Of a DNA stretch of 40,311 nucleotides, positions 33,749 to 40,311 are shown in pieces. The notes under the pieces were generated by a model that saw only the letters and a program-made list of their open reading frames with translations, made no database searches and was not told the origin of the DNA. The position numbers were made by a program, and so were the translations under genes. This DNA comes from Thermoanaerobaculia bacterium (GTDB taxonomy: Bacteria > Acidobacteriota > Thermoanaerobaculia > UBA5066). How positions within the stretch are numbered: the first letter of the stretch is position 1; each line of letters opens with the position of its first letter. The DNA lies in the NCBI GenBank assembly GCA_023717585.1, contig JAMQPJ010000216.1, positions 1 to 40,311 of the forward strand. Reading direction: 5' to 3'.

Positions 33749-35146
33749 ATGAAATCCACGCTTCCGCAGATACTCCCGGTGTCGTCGCCCTATGACGGAC
33801 CGGGCCTTTCCCGCCGGGGATTTCTCGAGCTCGGCGCGGGAGGCCTCGTGGCTTCCTGGTTCCTCCGGCCCCACGCGGCCTGGGCCGAATCGGCGTCTCT
33901 GGCGGTGACCCCGAAGGCCTCGGCGAGGAACGCAATCTTCGTCTTCCTGCCGGGCGCTCCGAGCCAGGTCGACATGTGGGACCTGAAGGAAGGCGCCTGG
34001 CTGCCCTCCGATTTCGCGCCCACGAGCATGGGAGCCGGCGTGAGATGGCCCGCCGGCCTCCTCCCGAAACTCGGCGGCGCACTGGCGGATGTTTCGATCG
34101 TCCGCTCCGTCAGGTCGTCGGCTCTCGTCCATGGGCTCGGACAGACGTGGGTCCAGATCGCCCGGAACCCCACGGGCGCCACGGGCTCGATCGCGCCCCA
34201 TCTCGGGGCCATCGCGGCGCTCGAGCTCGCGCCGCTGAAGGTCGCGACGGACGTCCTGCCGGCCTTCGTCGCGCTGAACACGGGCGGGATCTCGGGGGCG
34301 GGCTACCTGCCCTCGACGTACTCGCCGTTCTCAGTGCGACCCACGGCGACGGGGCTGGCGTCGCTGACGCACCCCGACGGCTCGGCCCGCTTCGCATTGC
34401 GCTGGAACGATCTGCAAAACCTCGACGCCGCGCTGCGCAGCGGACAGCCGATCGGCAAGGACGCCTCGGATGCCGCGGGTTTTTACGACCAGGCGAAGGT
34501 CCTCATGGACAGCCCGGACGTGAATGCCCTGTTCTCGTATTCGACGGCGGACAGCGCGCGCTATGGCAGCACGGCGTTCGGAAATTCCTGTCTCGTGGCG
34601 AAGCAGCTCCTGGCGGGCAACCGGGGTGCGCGGTTCGTGCAGGTGACGCTCGGCAACTGGGACATGCACAGCGGCATCTACACGAAGGGTGCGAACAACA
34701 GCCTCTACGGCATTTGCCCGCAGCTCGACAACGGTCTCGCGGCGCTCCTCGCGGATCTCAAAGCCGCCCCCGGCTCCGTGGCCGGCAAGTCCCTCTTCGA
34801 CGAGACGCTCGTCGTCGCCGCCAGCGAGTTCGGGCGCACGGTCGGAGCGCTCAATGGTCAGGCGGGGCGCGACCACTTCGCGATCAACACCGCCGTCTTC
34901 GCGGGCGGCGGCGTGAAGGGCGGGCAGGTCATCGGCGCGACGGATGCCGCCGGTTCGACCATCACGGACTCCGGGGTGTCCGGCCGGACCGAGCTGCGCG
35001 TCGAAGACATCGCCTGCACGGTCTACTCTGCGCTCGGCATCGACTGGACGATCGAGCGCCACGACGACCCGCTCGGCCGCGGCTTCGAGTACGTCCCGTA
35101 CGCGAAGGACGGCGTGTTCGCGCCGATCGACCGGCTGTTCGGGTGA
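33749..35146 (+). CDS. DUF1501-family (sulfatase-fold) protein with twin-arginine signal
   Basis: ATG 33749 within ORF 32282..35146. SRRGFLELGAGG Tat motif. PGAPSQVDMWDLK and SEFGRT...GRDHF match the DUF1501 signature. The classic partner of DUF1549/1553 genes. Confidence 0.85.
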   Translation: MKSTLPQILPVSSPYDGPGLSRRGFLELGAGGLVASWFLRPHAAWAESASLAVTPKASARNAIFVFLPGAPSQVDMWDLKEGAWLPSDFAPTSMGAGVRWPAGLLPKLGGALADVSIVRSVRSSALVHGLGQTWVQIARNPTGATGSIAPHLGAIAALELAPLKVATDVLPAFVALNTGGISGAGYLPSTYSPFSVRPTATGLASLTHPDGSARFALRWNDLQNLDAALRSGQPIGKDASDAAGFYDQAKVLMDSPDVNALFSYSTADSARYGSTAFGNSCLVAKQLLAGNRGARFVQVTLGNWDMHSGIYTKGANNSLYGICPQLDNGLAALLADLKAAPGSVAGKSLFDETLVVAASEFGRTVGALNGQAGRDHFAINTAVFAGGGVKGGQVIGATDAAGSTITDSGVSGRTELRVEDIACTVYSALGIDWTIERHDDPLGRGFEYVPYAKDGVFAPIDRLFG

Positions 35147-35189
35147 TCGCCGGCGTTCTAAGCTGCGCGCCGTGACGACCCGGAGGCCG

Positions 35190-36101
35190 ATGCTCGCGAC
35201 GCGGGTCGATGCGCCCTTCACCCGCGCGGGCTGGGTCTTCGAGCCGAAGTACGACGGCTGGCGCGTCCTCGCCACGCGCGCCGCCGGCCACGTGGTCCTG
35301 TCGTCGAGGAACGGCGTGGACCTGACGGAGCGCGAGACGGGCATCGCCTCGGCCCTCGCGTCGCTTCCGGGCGGGGACTTCGTCGTGGACGGCGAGCTCG
35401 TCGTCCTCGGGAAGGGCGGCGTGCCGGAGTTCTCCCTGCTTCAGAAGCGGGGGGAGGCGGGCGCCCGGCCGGCGAGCCTCATTCTCTTCGACTGCCTCGA
35501 GAGGGACGGCGCGAGCCTCGTGTCGCGGCCGCTCGCCGAGAGGCGCACCGCCCTCGAGGCTCTCGTCGGCCGCCGTCCGAAGAAGCCGCTCGCACTTTCC
35601 GCGCGGCTGGGACCGGATGGAGAGGCCGCGTTCCAGCGCGCGGTGACGGAAGGCTGGGAGGGCGTCGTGGGAAAGGACCTTTCCTCGCGCTACGAGGAGG
35701 GGCGCCGGTCGCTGCGCTGGCTCAAGGTGAAGGCGCGGCGCGAAGCCGAGTTCGTGATCGGCGGCCTCACGCTGCCGAGGAGCTCGCGCCTTCACTTCGG
35801 GGCGCTCCTCGTCGGCCTTTACCACGGGAAGGACCTGCGCTTCTGCGGCGCCGTCGGTACGGGTTTTTCGGAAGAGACGCTCCTACGGCTTCTCGAGGAG
35901 CTTCAGCCGCTGACGCGCGAGACGTGCCCCTTCGCGGCGATTCCGAAGGAGGCGAAGGACCCGGTCTGGGTCGAGCCGCGCCTCGTCGCGCAGGTCGCTT
36001 ACGCGGAATGGACGGCGGACGAGCGGCTCCGGCAGCCGGCTTTTCTCGGCCTCCGGCGCGACAAGAAGGCGAAGGCGTGTCGGTGGGAGGAGAGGGAGTA
36101 G
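35190..36101 (+). CDS. ATP-dependent DNA ligase (LigD-ligase-domain-like, stand-alone)
   Basis: EPKYDGWR (adenylation Lys motif I), VVDGELVV (III), LILFDCL, EGVVGK (IV), WLKVK (V), then an OB-fold region. GTG 35172 is an alternative start. Confidence 0.85.
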   Translation: MLATRVDAPFTRAGWVFEPKYDGWRVLATRAAGHVVLSSRNGVDLTERETGIASALASLPGGDFVVDGELVVLGKGGVPEFSLLQKRGEAGARPASLILFDCLERDGASLVSRPLAERRTALEALVGRRPKKPLALSARLGPDGEAAFQRAVTEGWEGVVGKDLSSRYEEGRRSLRWLKVKARREAEFVIGGLTLPRSSRLHFGALLVGLYHGKDLRFCGAVGTGFSEETLLRLLEELQPLTRETCPFAAIPKEAKDPVWVEPRLVAQVAYAEWTADERLRQPAFLGLRRDKKAKACRWEERE

Positions 36102-36119
36102 AGGGAGTAGAGGGTCCCG

Positions 36120-37490
36120 TCAGGGCGCGATCGTGATGACTCCGGTCATTCCATCGTGCTGAGGCTTGATGGGAGCGCACTCCGTTTTCGTGCAGAAGAA
36201 GGGCCAGGATCCCACCATGCCGCTGGTCGGCGTGAAATTGACCGTGCACGGCACCTGCGGCGGGAGAAAGTCGCACTGGGTGATGCCCAGGCCGGCGAGG
36301 CCGCCGATCCCGTGAGTCAGGTTCTCGGAAGGGTCGGCTCTGAATGTGATGGCGTAGGCCTGACCCACTTTGAGCGCCACCGAGCCGGGCTGCCAGTCCC
36401 ACGTCGAACCGCCGTGAGAAGAACCGGTCATGGTGATCGCCGTCGGCCCCGCGGCCGCAACGACGACGTCCTTCGTCGCGGTGCTCGCGCCGAACGCGTT
36501 GTCGACGAAGAGCGCCGTCTTGTACGTTCCCGGCGCGGCGTACGTATGCGTGGTCGCACCCGTGATCGTCGCGACGAAATCGCCGTCGCCGAACGCCCAG
36601 AAGCGGTTGACGGGGCTGTTGGACGACGTGTCCGTGAACGTGGCCGCCTGGCCGGCTGTCGGGCTCGGCGGGGTCACGGTGTACGACGCGGCGGGCACGG
36701 GCGCCGATACGTTCGGCTCGGCCGTCATGACGATCGCGAAGGGGTCGCCCGAGGCGTTGTTGATGACCGAGGCGAAGGCGAGGACCGGCTGGTCGCTCGT
36801 GAACTCCAGCCAGAGGTTCGTGTCGTTCGTTCCCGAGACGCCCGGGAAGTCGCCCCAGTTGCCGACCTGCTTGAACCCGTTCGGCGCGAGCGGCCCGATC
36901 GTGGCGGCCGAGACCGACGTGCCGTCGCCTCTGCGGACGTTCGCGTTCACGGTGGCGTCGGATGTGCCGGGGTTCGCGAAGACGACGTTCGTGCGGTAGC
37001 CGCTGTTCAGGTCCACGCTCGAGGCCAGCTGGACGAGCGTGCCGGCCTTCAGGGCGGCCGACGCGTCGAGGCCGGGGAGCCATTGCCCGGAGACCGCGCC
37101 GTTGCCGCACGCGTTGTAGTTGTTGACGGAGGACGAGACGATGATGGCATCTGAGGTCTGGAAGCGGATCGGCCCGAACGCGCCGTCGTCGAGCGTCTTT
37201 CCGAAGAGCGTCCCGACGATGTTGTCGTAGGACTTCTGTGCGCGTGGCGGGATCGTCTCCACGGGCTTCGTGATCGTCTGCCCCGACACCTGGTCGTAGA
37301 GGATCGGCGTCACGTTCACGGGTGCAGTCGTCGGATTGAAGATACGGACGTCGCTTCGAAACTCGGCGCCGCCGACGCCCCGGCGGTAGACGCTCGAAGG
37401 GATCACGACATCGGCCCTCACGGCGCTCGCGGCAAGCACGAAGATCAAAGCGAGAGGTGTGACGAAACGCACGGATGGCGGTGTCCTCAT
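36120..37490 (-). CDS. secreted protein with PKD domain and C-terminal cupredoxin-like domain
   Basis: ATG 37490 within ORF 36120..37670. Signal peptide MRTPPSVRFVTPLALIFVLAASAVRA. PKD-like FTDTSSNSP..WAFGDG...HTYAAPGTYKTAL. C-terminal ..THGIGG...FFCTKTECAPIKPQHDGMTGVITI (His/Cys/His/Met pattern). Confidence 0.75.
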   Translation of the reverse strand: MRTPPSVRFVTPLALIFVLAASAVRADVVIPSSVYRRGVGGAEFRSDVRIFNPTTAPVNVTPILYDQVSGQTITKPVETIPPRAQKSYDNIVGTLFGKTLDDGAFGPIRFQTSDAIIVSSSVNNYNACGNGAVSGQWLPGLDASAALKAGTLVQLASSVDLNSGYRTNVVFANPGTSDATVNANVRRGDGTSVSAATIGPLAPNGFKQVGNWGDFPGVSGTNDTNLWLEFTSDQPVLAFASVINNASGDPFAIVMTAEPNVSAPVPAASYTVTPPSPTAGQAATFTDTSSNSPVNRFWAFGDGDFVATITGATTHTYAAPGTYKTALFVDNAFGASTATKDVVVAAAGPTAITMTGSSHGGSTWDWQPGSVALKVGQAYAITFRADPSENLTHGIGGLAGLGITQCDFLPPQVPCTVNFTPTSGMVGSWPFFCTKTECAPIKPQHDGMTGVITIAP

Positions 37491-37635
37491 CGAGCTCCTC
37501 TTCTGAACGTTTCGCAAAGAACGGGCCGCGCGGCCTGTCCTCCGGGAGTGGCGCCCCGCGGAGTTTCCCACGAGGTTCCGACGGGAATCGACCCCCGGAG
37601 GTTGACGCCGGGTCATTGGATTTACACTCTCGCGC

Positions 37636-38577
37636 GTGAGGTTCTGGACAGGTCGTCGCGTTCTGGTCACCGGAGCGGGCGGCTTTCTCGGGCGCTCCCT
37701 CGTTCGCGCGCTCGAGGCGCGCGGCCCCGCGACGATCCTCGCACCCCGTTCGGCTCAGCTCGACTTGCGCGAGCGCGACGCCGTGCGCGCGTATCTGGCG
37801 CGCGAGAAGCCGGACCTCGTCATCCACCTCGCGGCGGTCGTCGGAGGCATCGGCGCGAACCGCGCGCATCCGGGCCTTTTCTTTTACGAGAACGCGATCA
37901 TGGGGATCCAGCTCATCGAAGAGGCGCGGCGGGCGGAAGTCGGGAAGCTCGTCTGCCTCGGGACGATCTGCGCCTACCCGAAGTTGACGCCCGTCCCGTT
38001 CAAGGAGGGCGACCTCTGGAACGGCTACCCCGAGGAGACGAACGCGCCGTACGGCCTCGCGAAGAAGATGCTTCTCGTTCAGCTCCAGGCGTACCGCGAG
38101 GAGTACGGCTTTCCGGGGATCTACCTTCTTCCCGTGAACCTGTACGGCCCCGGGGATCATTTCGACCTCGAGAAGTCGCACGTGATCCCCGCGATGATCC
38201 GCAAGTTCCTCGAGGCGAACGAGAGCGGCGCACGCGAGGTCGTCCTGTGGGGCGACGGCTCGCCGACGCGCGAGTTCCTTTACGTGGAGGACGCCGCCGA
38301 GGGGATTCTCGCGGCCGCGGAGCGGTACGACGGCGCGGCGCCGGTCAACCTCGGCTCGGGCGAGGAGATCTCGATCCGGGATCTCGCGACGCGCGTCGCC
38401 CGGGAAACCGGATTCGGCGGCGGCATCCGGTGGGACGCCTCGCGCCCGAACGGCCAGCCGCGCCGGAAGCTGGACGTCACGCGCGCGGAGCAGCTCTTCG
38501 GATGGCATTCGCAGGTCTCGCTGACGGACGGCCTTCGGCGGACGATCGACTGGTACAGGGCGGCCGGGAGGGCCTGA
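37636..38577 (+). CDS. fcl: GDP-L-fucose synthase (GDP-4-keto-6-deoxymannose epimerase/reductase)
   Basis: VTGAGGFLG Rossmann motif, [15 protein letters not shown] (YxxxK), [26 protein letters not shown]: co-linear with E. coli Fcl. GTG start. Confidence 0.85.
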   Translation: MRFWTGRRVLVTGAGGFLGRSLVRALEARGPATILAPRSAQLDLRERDAVRAYLAREKPDLVIHLAAVVGGIGANRAHPGLFFYENAIMGIQLIEEARRAEVGKLVCLGTICAYPKLTPVPFKEGDLWNGYPEETNAPYGLAKKMLLVQLQAYREEYGFPGIYLLPVNLYGPGDHFDLEKSHVIPAMIRKFLEANESGAREVVLWGDGSPTREFLYVEDAAEGILAAAERYDGAAPVNLGSGEEISIRDLATRVARETGFGGGIRWDASRPNGQPRRKLDVTRAEQLFGWHSQVSLTDGLRRTIDWYRAAGRA

Positions 38578-38670
38578 CGCCGGTTTGATACCGGCGACTA
38601 AACGTCGGTTAGTGGTCAACGAAGTGACACAATTCGGCAGCAACTATCCAGCTTGTGGTTGTTTTGAGCT

Positions 38671-38680
38671 CCAAATTTGG
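38671..38680. promoter_or_regulatory. perfect 10-bp palindrome CCAAATTTGG, ~90 bp upstream of the sigma-54 -24 element (candidate activator site)
   Basis: Read directly. Flanked by a CTCCAAA direct repeat (38669 and 38693). Confidence 0.3.
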
Positions 38681-38706
38681 GTCGATTTTTGACTCCAAAC
38701 ACTTCT

Positions 38707-38718
38707 AGTACATGTACT
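38707..38718. promoter_or_regulatory. perfect 12-bp palindrome AGTACATGTACT, ~45 bp upstream of the -24 element
   Basis: Read directly; self-complementary over all 12 nt. Confidence 0.3.
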
Positions 38719-38759
38719 TAGAATGTAACATGGCAGTCACTCCCATATTCCATGAGTAT

Positions 38760-38775
38760 TGGCATTACTGTTGCT
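38760..38775 (+). promoter_or_regulatory. sigma-54 (-24/-12) promoter TGGCAT-N5-TTGCT
   Basis: TGGCATTACTGTTGCT. The GG (38761-62) and GC (38773-74) elements have exactly the consensus spacing of TGGCAC-N5-TTGCW. It lies ~117 nt upstream of the first DUF4402-like gene, inside an AT-rich island. Confidence 0.6.
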
Positions 38776-38891
38776 AATCACTGTGTCAGTGAAACATAAC
38801 TGACACACCTCACTGGAGCCGGCAAGGCGGCCTAGAGGTATCGACAGAAAAAAGAAGAAAAAGAAGAGCAAAAGAGAAAAAGGAGAATCCC

Positions 38892-39416
38892 GTGAAGAAG
38901 ACACTGATCCCCACCGCTCTGGCCTTCGTCCTCGTCGTGGTCGGCACCCTTTCGGCGGGCAGTGCGTTCGCGCAGGCGAACACCGACACGGAGACCGCCA
39001 ACGCGAGCGCGCGCGTCGTAGCCGCCATCGCGCTCACCAAGACCGCCGACCTGAACTTCGGCGACGTCGTGGCGAGCGCCGCGGCGGGCACTGTCGTGAT
39101 GTCGCCCGCGGGCGCCCGCAGCGCCACTCTGGGCGCGACCCTCGGAAACGCGAACGGCGCAGCCGCGGCAGCGTTTGGCGTGACCGGCGTCGCCGCGGCC
39201 ACGTACGCCATTTCACTCCCCGGCGCTGCGATCTCGATCTCGGACGGTGGTGCCAACACGATGAGCGTGGGCACGTTCACCGGCAGCAAAGCCACCGGCA
39301 CCCTGTCGGGCGCCGGCGCGGACAACTTCACCGTCGGCGCGACGCTGAGCGTCGGCGCAAACCAGGTCGCCGGCAGCTACACCGGCACCTTCAACGTCTC
39401 GGTCAACTACAACTGA
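38892..39416 (+). CDS. secreted DUF4402-like protein (putative fimbrial/surface beta-sandwich subunit), copy 1
   Basis: Signal peptide MKKTLIPTALAFVLVVVGTLSAGSAFA. Cys-free Ala/Gly/Thr-rich body with LNFGDV near the N-terminus and GSYTGTFNVSVNYN at the C-terminus, the pattern I associate with DUF4402. AAGGAG RBS, GTG start. Confidence 0.75.
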   Translation: MKKTLIPTALAFVLVVVGTLSAGSAFAQANTDTETANASARVVAAIALTKTADLNFGDVVASAAAGTVVMSPAGARSATLGATLGNANGAAAAAFGVTGVAAATYAISLPGAAISISDGGANTMSVGTFTGSKATGTLSGAGADNFTVGATLSVGANQVAGSYTGTFNVSVNYN

Positions 39417-39484
39417 ACCGGGAGCGGCGCGAGAGGCTCGCCCTTCCGGGTCCGCCCTTCGGGCGCCTTCCGGGCCCGGCCTTC

Positions 39485-39506
39485 GGGGCGCCCTCCGGGG
39501 CGCCCC
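39485..39506 (+). terminator. GC hairpin GGGGCGCC-ctccgg-GGCGCCCC followed by TCTGGTTTG (possible partial terminator/attenuator after copy 1)
   Basis: 8-bp perfect stem read directly, with only a weak U-tract. Preceded by several degenerate CGCCCTTCGGG mini-hairpin units. Confidence 0.35.
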
Positions 39507-39621
39507 TCTGGTTTGATGGAAGGAAAGACTACGAGCCGCGGGCTGCGAGTCCGCCGGGCGCGACCAGGATGGCAGAATCCCCGGACGGCCATCTGTCCGG
39601 GAACGGTGAACGAGGAGAGAG

Positions 39622-40098
39622 ATGATGAGAGGCTCCGGACGGGCGTCCCTGGTCGCGGCGACGGTCCTGTTCGTGGCCGCCGCGACTCCGTCCGCAGAGG
39701 CCGCGATCAGCCTCACGAAGATCACCGACCTGGCCTTCGGAGACCTCACGGCCGGTGCGTCGGCCGGCACCGTGAGGATCGCGCCGAACGGTAACCGGAC
39801 GAGGACGGGAGGCGTGACCCTGCTCGCAAGCACGTTCGACAACGCGAGCTTCACGGTCGCGACGCCGAGCGGCAATCGCGGCTACACGATCATCCTGCCG
39901 GGCTCGGCGACGCTGACTTCCGGCGGGGGGTTCACGATGACGGTGGACACCTTCAGGAGCAATCCGAGCGGCAGCGGCACGACGAATGCGGCAACCCGCA
40001 CCCAGACGCTCAACGTCGGCGCGACGCTTCAGGTGGGCGCAAACCAGAAACCGGGGACGTACATGGGCACGTTCACGGTGACGGTGAACCAGAATTGA
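39622..40098 (+). CDS. secreted DUF4402-like protein, copy 2
   Basis: Signal peptide ...ATVLFVAAATPSAEA. ISLTKITDLAFGDL and C-terminal GTYMGTFTVTVNQN parallel copy 1. GGAGAGAG RBS. Confidence 0.75.
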   Translation: MMRGSGRASLVAATVLFVAAATPSAEAAISLTKITDLAFGDLTAGASAGTVRIAPNGNRTRTGGVTLLASTFDNASFTVATPSGNRGYTIILPGSATLTSGGGFTMTVDTFRSNPSGSGTTNAATRTQTLNVGATLQVGANQKPGTYMGTFTVTVNQN

Positions 40099-40311
40099 TT
40101 TCCGCCCGCCCCCGCTCCGCCGCGCTCGCCGCGTTCCTGGCCCTCGTCGCCGCTCCGGGTGCCGTGAGCAACTCCGTTTTCACGCCTTCGGGCGAGCGAA
40201 AGAGCGCCGCTTCGCTGACCGTTGCCGCGAACGCACGCGTCGTCGGAGCCCTCGCCATTCACAAGGTGCAGGAGCTGGATTTTGGAGACGTGCGCGTGCC
40301 GGGGGGCGCCG
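40095..40311 (+). CDS. DUF4402-like protein, copy 3 (N-terminal part, runs off window end)
   Basis: Absent from the track. TTG at 40095 overlaps the upstream stop (TTGA). It reads ISARPRSAALAAFLALVAAPGAVS...ANARVVGALAIHKVQELDFGDVRVPGGA, repeating the signal peptide + (I/L)xxxxxLxFGD pattern of copies 1-2. Start codon uncertain. Confidence 0.5.
   Translation, partial: MISARPRSAALAAFLALVAAPGAVSNSVFTPSGERKSAASLTVAANARVVGALAIHKVQELDFGDVRVPGGA

Noticed and set aside
32013-34082. 689-aa minus-strand ORF, and the N-terminal 489 codons of ORF 32282..35146
   Set aside because: Both overlap the DUF1549/1553 gene in other frames. The DUF1501 protein clearly begins at the Tat signal (ATG 33749), and the upstream extension is Arg/Gly-rich noise.
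35767-38643. 958-aa ORF on the minus strand spanning ligase, PKD protein and fcl
   Set aside because: It is antisense or out of frame to three well-supported genes. Its composition is Arg/Pro/Gly-dominated and no domain is recognisable.
38810-39331. 173-aa minus-strand ORF antisense to the first DUF4402-like gene
   Set aside because: It would start inside the coding region and end in the purine leader. The plus-strand gene has a signal peptide, an RBS and paralogues downstream.
39417-39510. Short GC-rich tandem units as a possible CRISPR array
   Set aside because: The units are 11-14 nt, degenerate and contiguous with no spacers, and there are no cas genes. They are better described as mini-hairpin repeats.
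1-40311. Search for rRNA, tRNA, transposase/integrase genes, prophage or defence islands
   Set aside because: No cloverleaf-like or rRNA-like stretch, no DDE/tyrosine-recombinase motifs and no terminal inverted repeats were recognised by eye. The only mobility hints are the two VapBC modules and the remnant junction. A tRNAscan/Infernal run would be needed to exclude small RNAs.

Overview
Very GC-rich (roughly 70% by eye, not computed) bacterial chromosomal segment, densely coding on both strands. The gene content (Ser/Thr kinases with TolB-like propellers, a DUF1549/DUF1553 + DUF1501 pair, a sigma-54 activator) suggests an Acidobacteriota- or Planctomycetota-like organism; this is inference. 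About 45 genes are supported. Many long ORFs in the track are antisense or alternate-frame artefacts of the high GC. No rRNA, tRNA, CRISPR array, transposase or integrase was recognised. The main item is a compact nine-gene bacterial microcompartment (BMC) operon at 16096-22173. It encodes an RpiB-DeoC fusion enzyme joined through an amphipathic helix and a 7-Cys segment, plus an acylating aldehyde dehydrogenase with an N-terminal encapsulation-peptide-like helix. It also has seven shell genes: 1 BMC-H, 2 CcmP-like BMC-T, 1 PduT-like BMC-T and 3 BMC-P. No phosphotransacylase, alcohol dehydrogenase or regulator lies in the operon. The second item is at the 3' end: a ~300-nt AT-rich island (about 42% GC by hand count) carries a consensus-spaced sigma-54 promoter, two perfect palindromes, a leader hairpin and a 42-nt purine tract. 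It precedes at least three tandem DUF4402-like secreted proteins, the last one cut by the window edge. Other points: a MeaB-methylmalonyl-CoA epimerase fusion, a HAD-UbiA prenyltransferase fusion, a Ser/Thr kinase-receiver hybrid, and a CysK-like enzyme with a Cys-rich tail. There are also two VapBC modules, a scar of two 5'-truncated gene remnants, and an exact AT-rich 20-mer shared in-frame by two unrelated genes.
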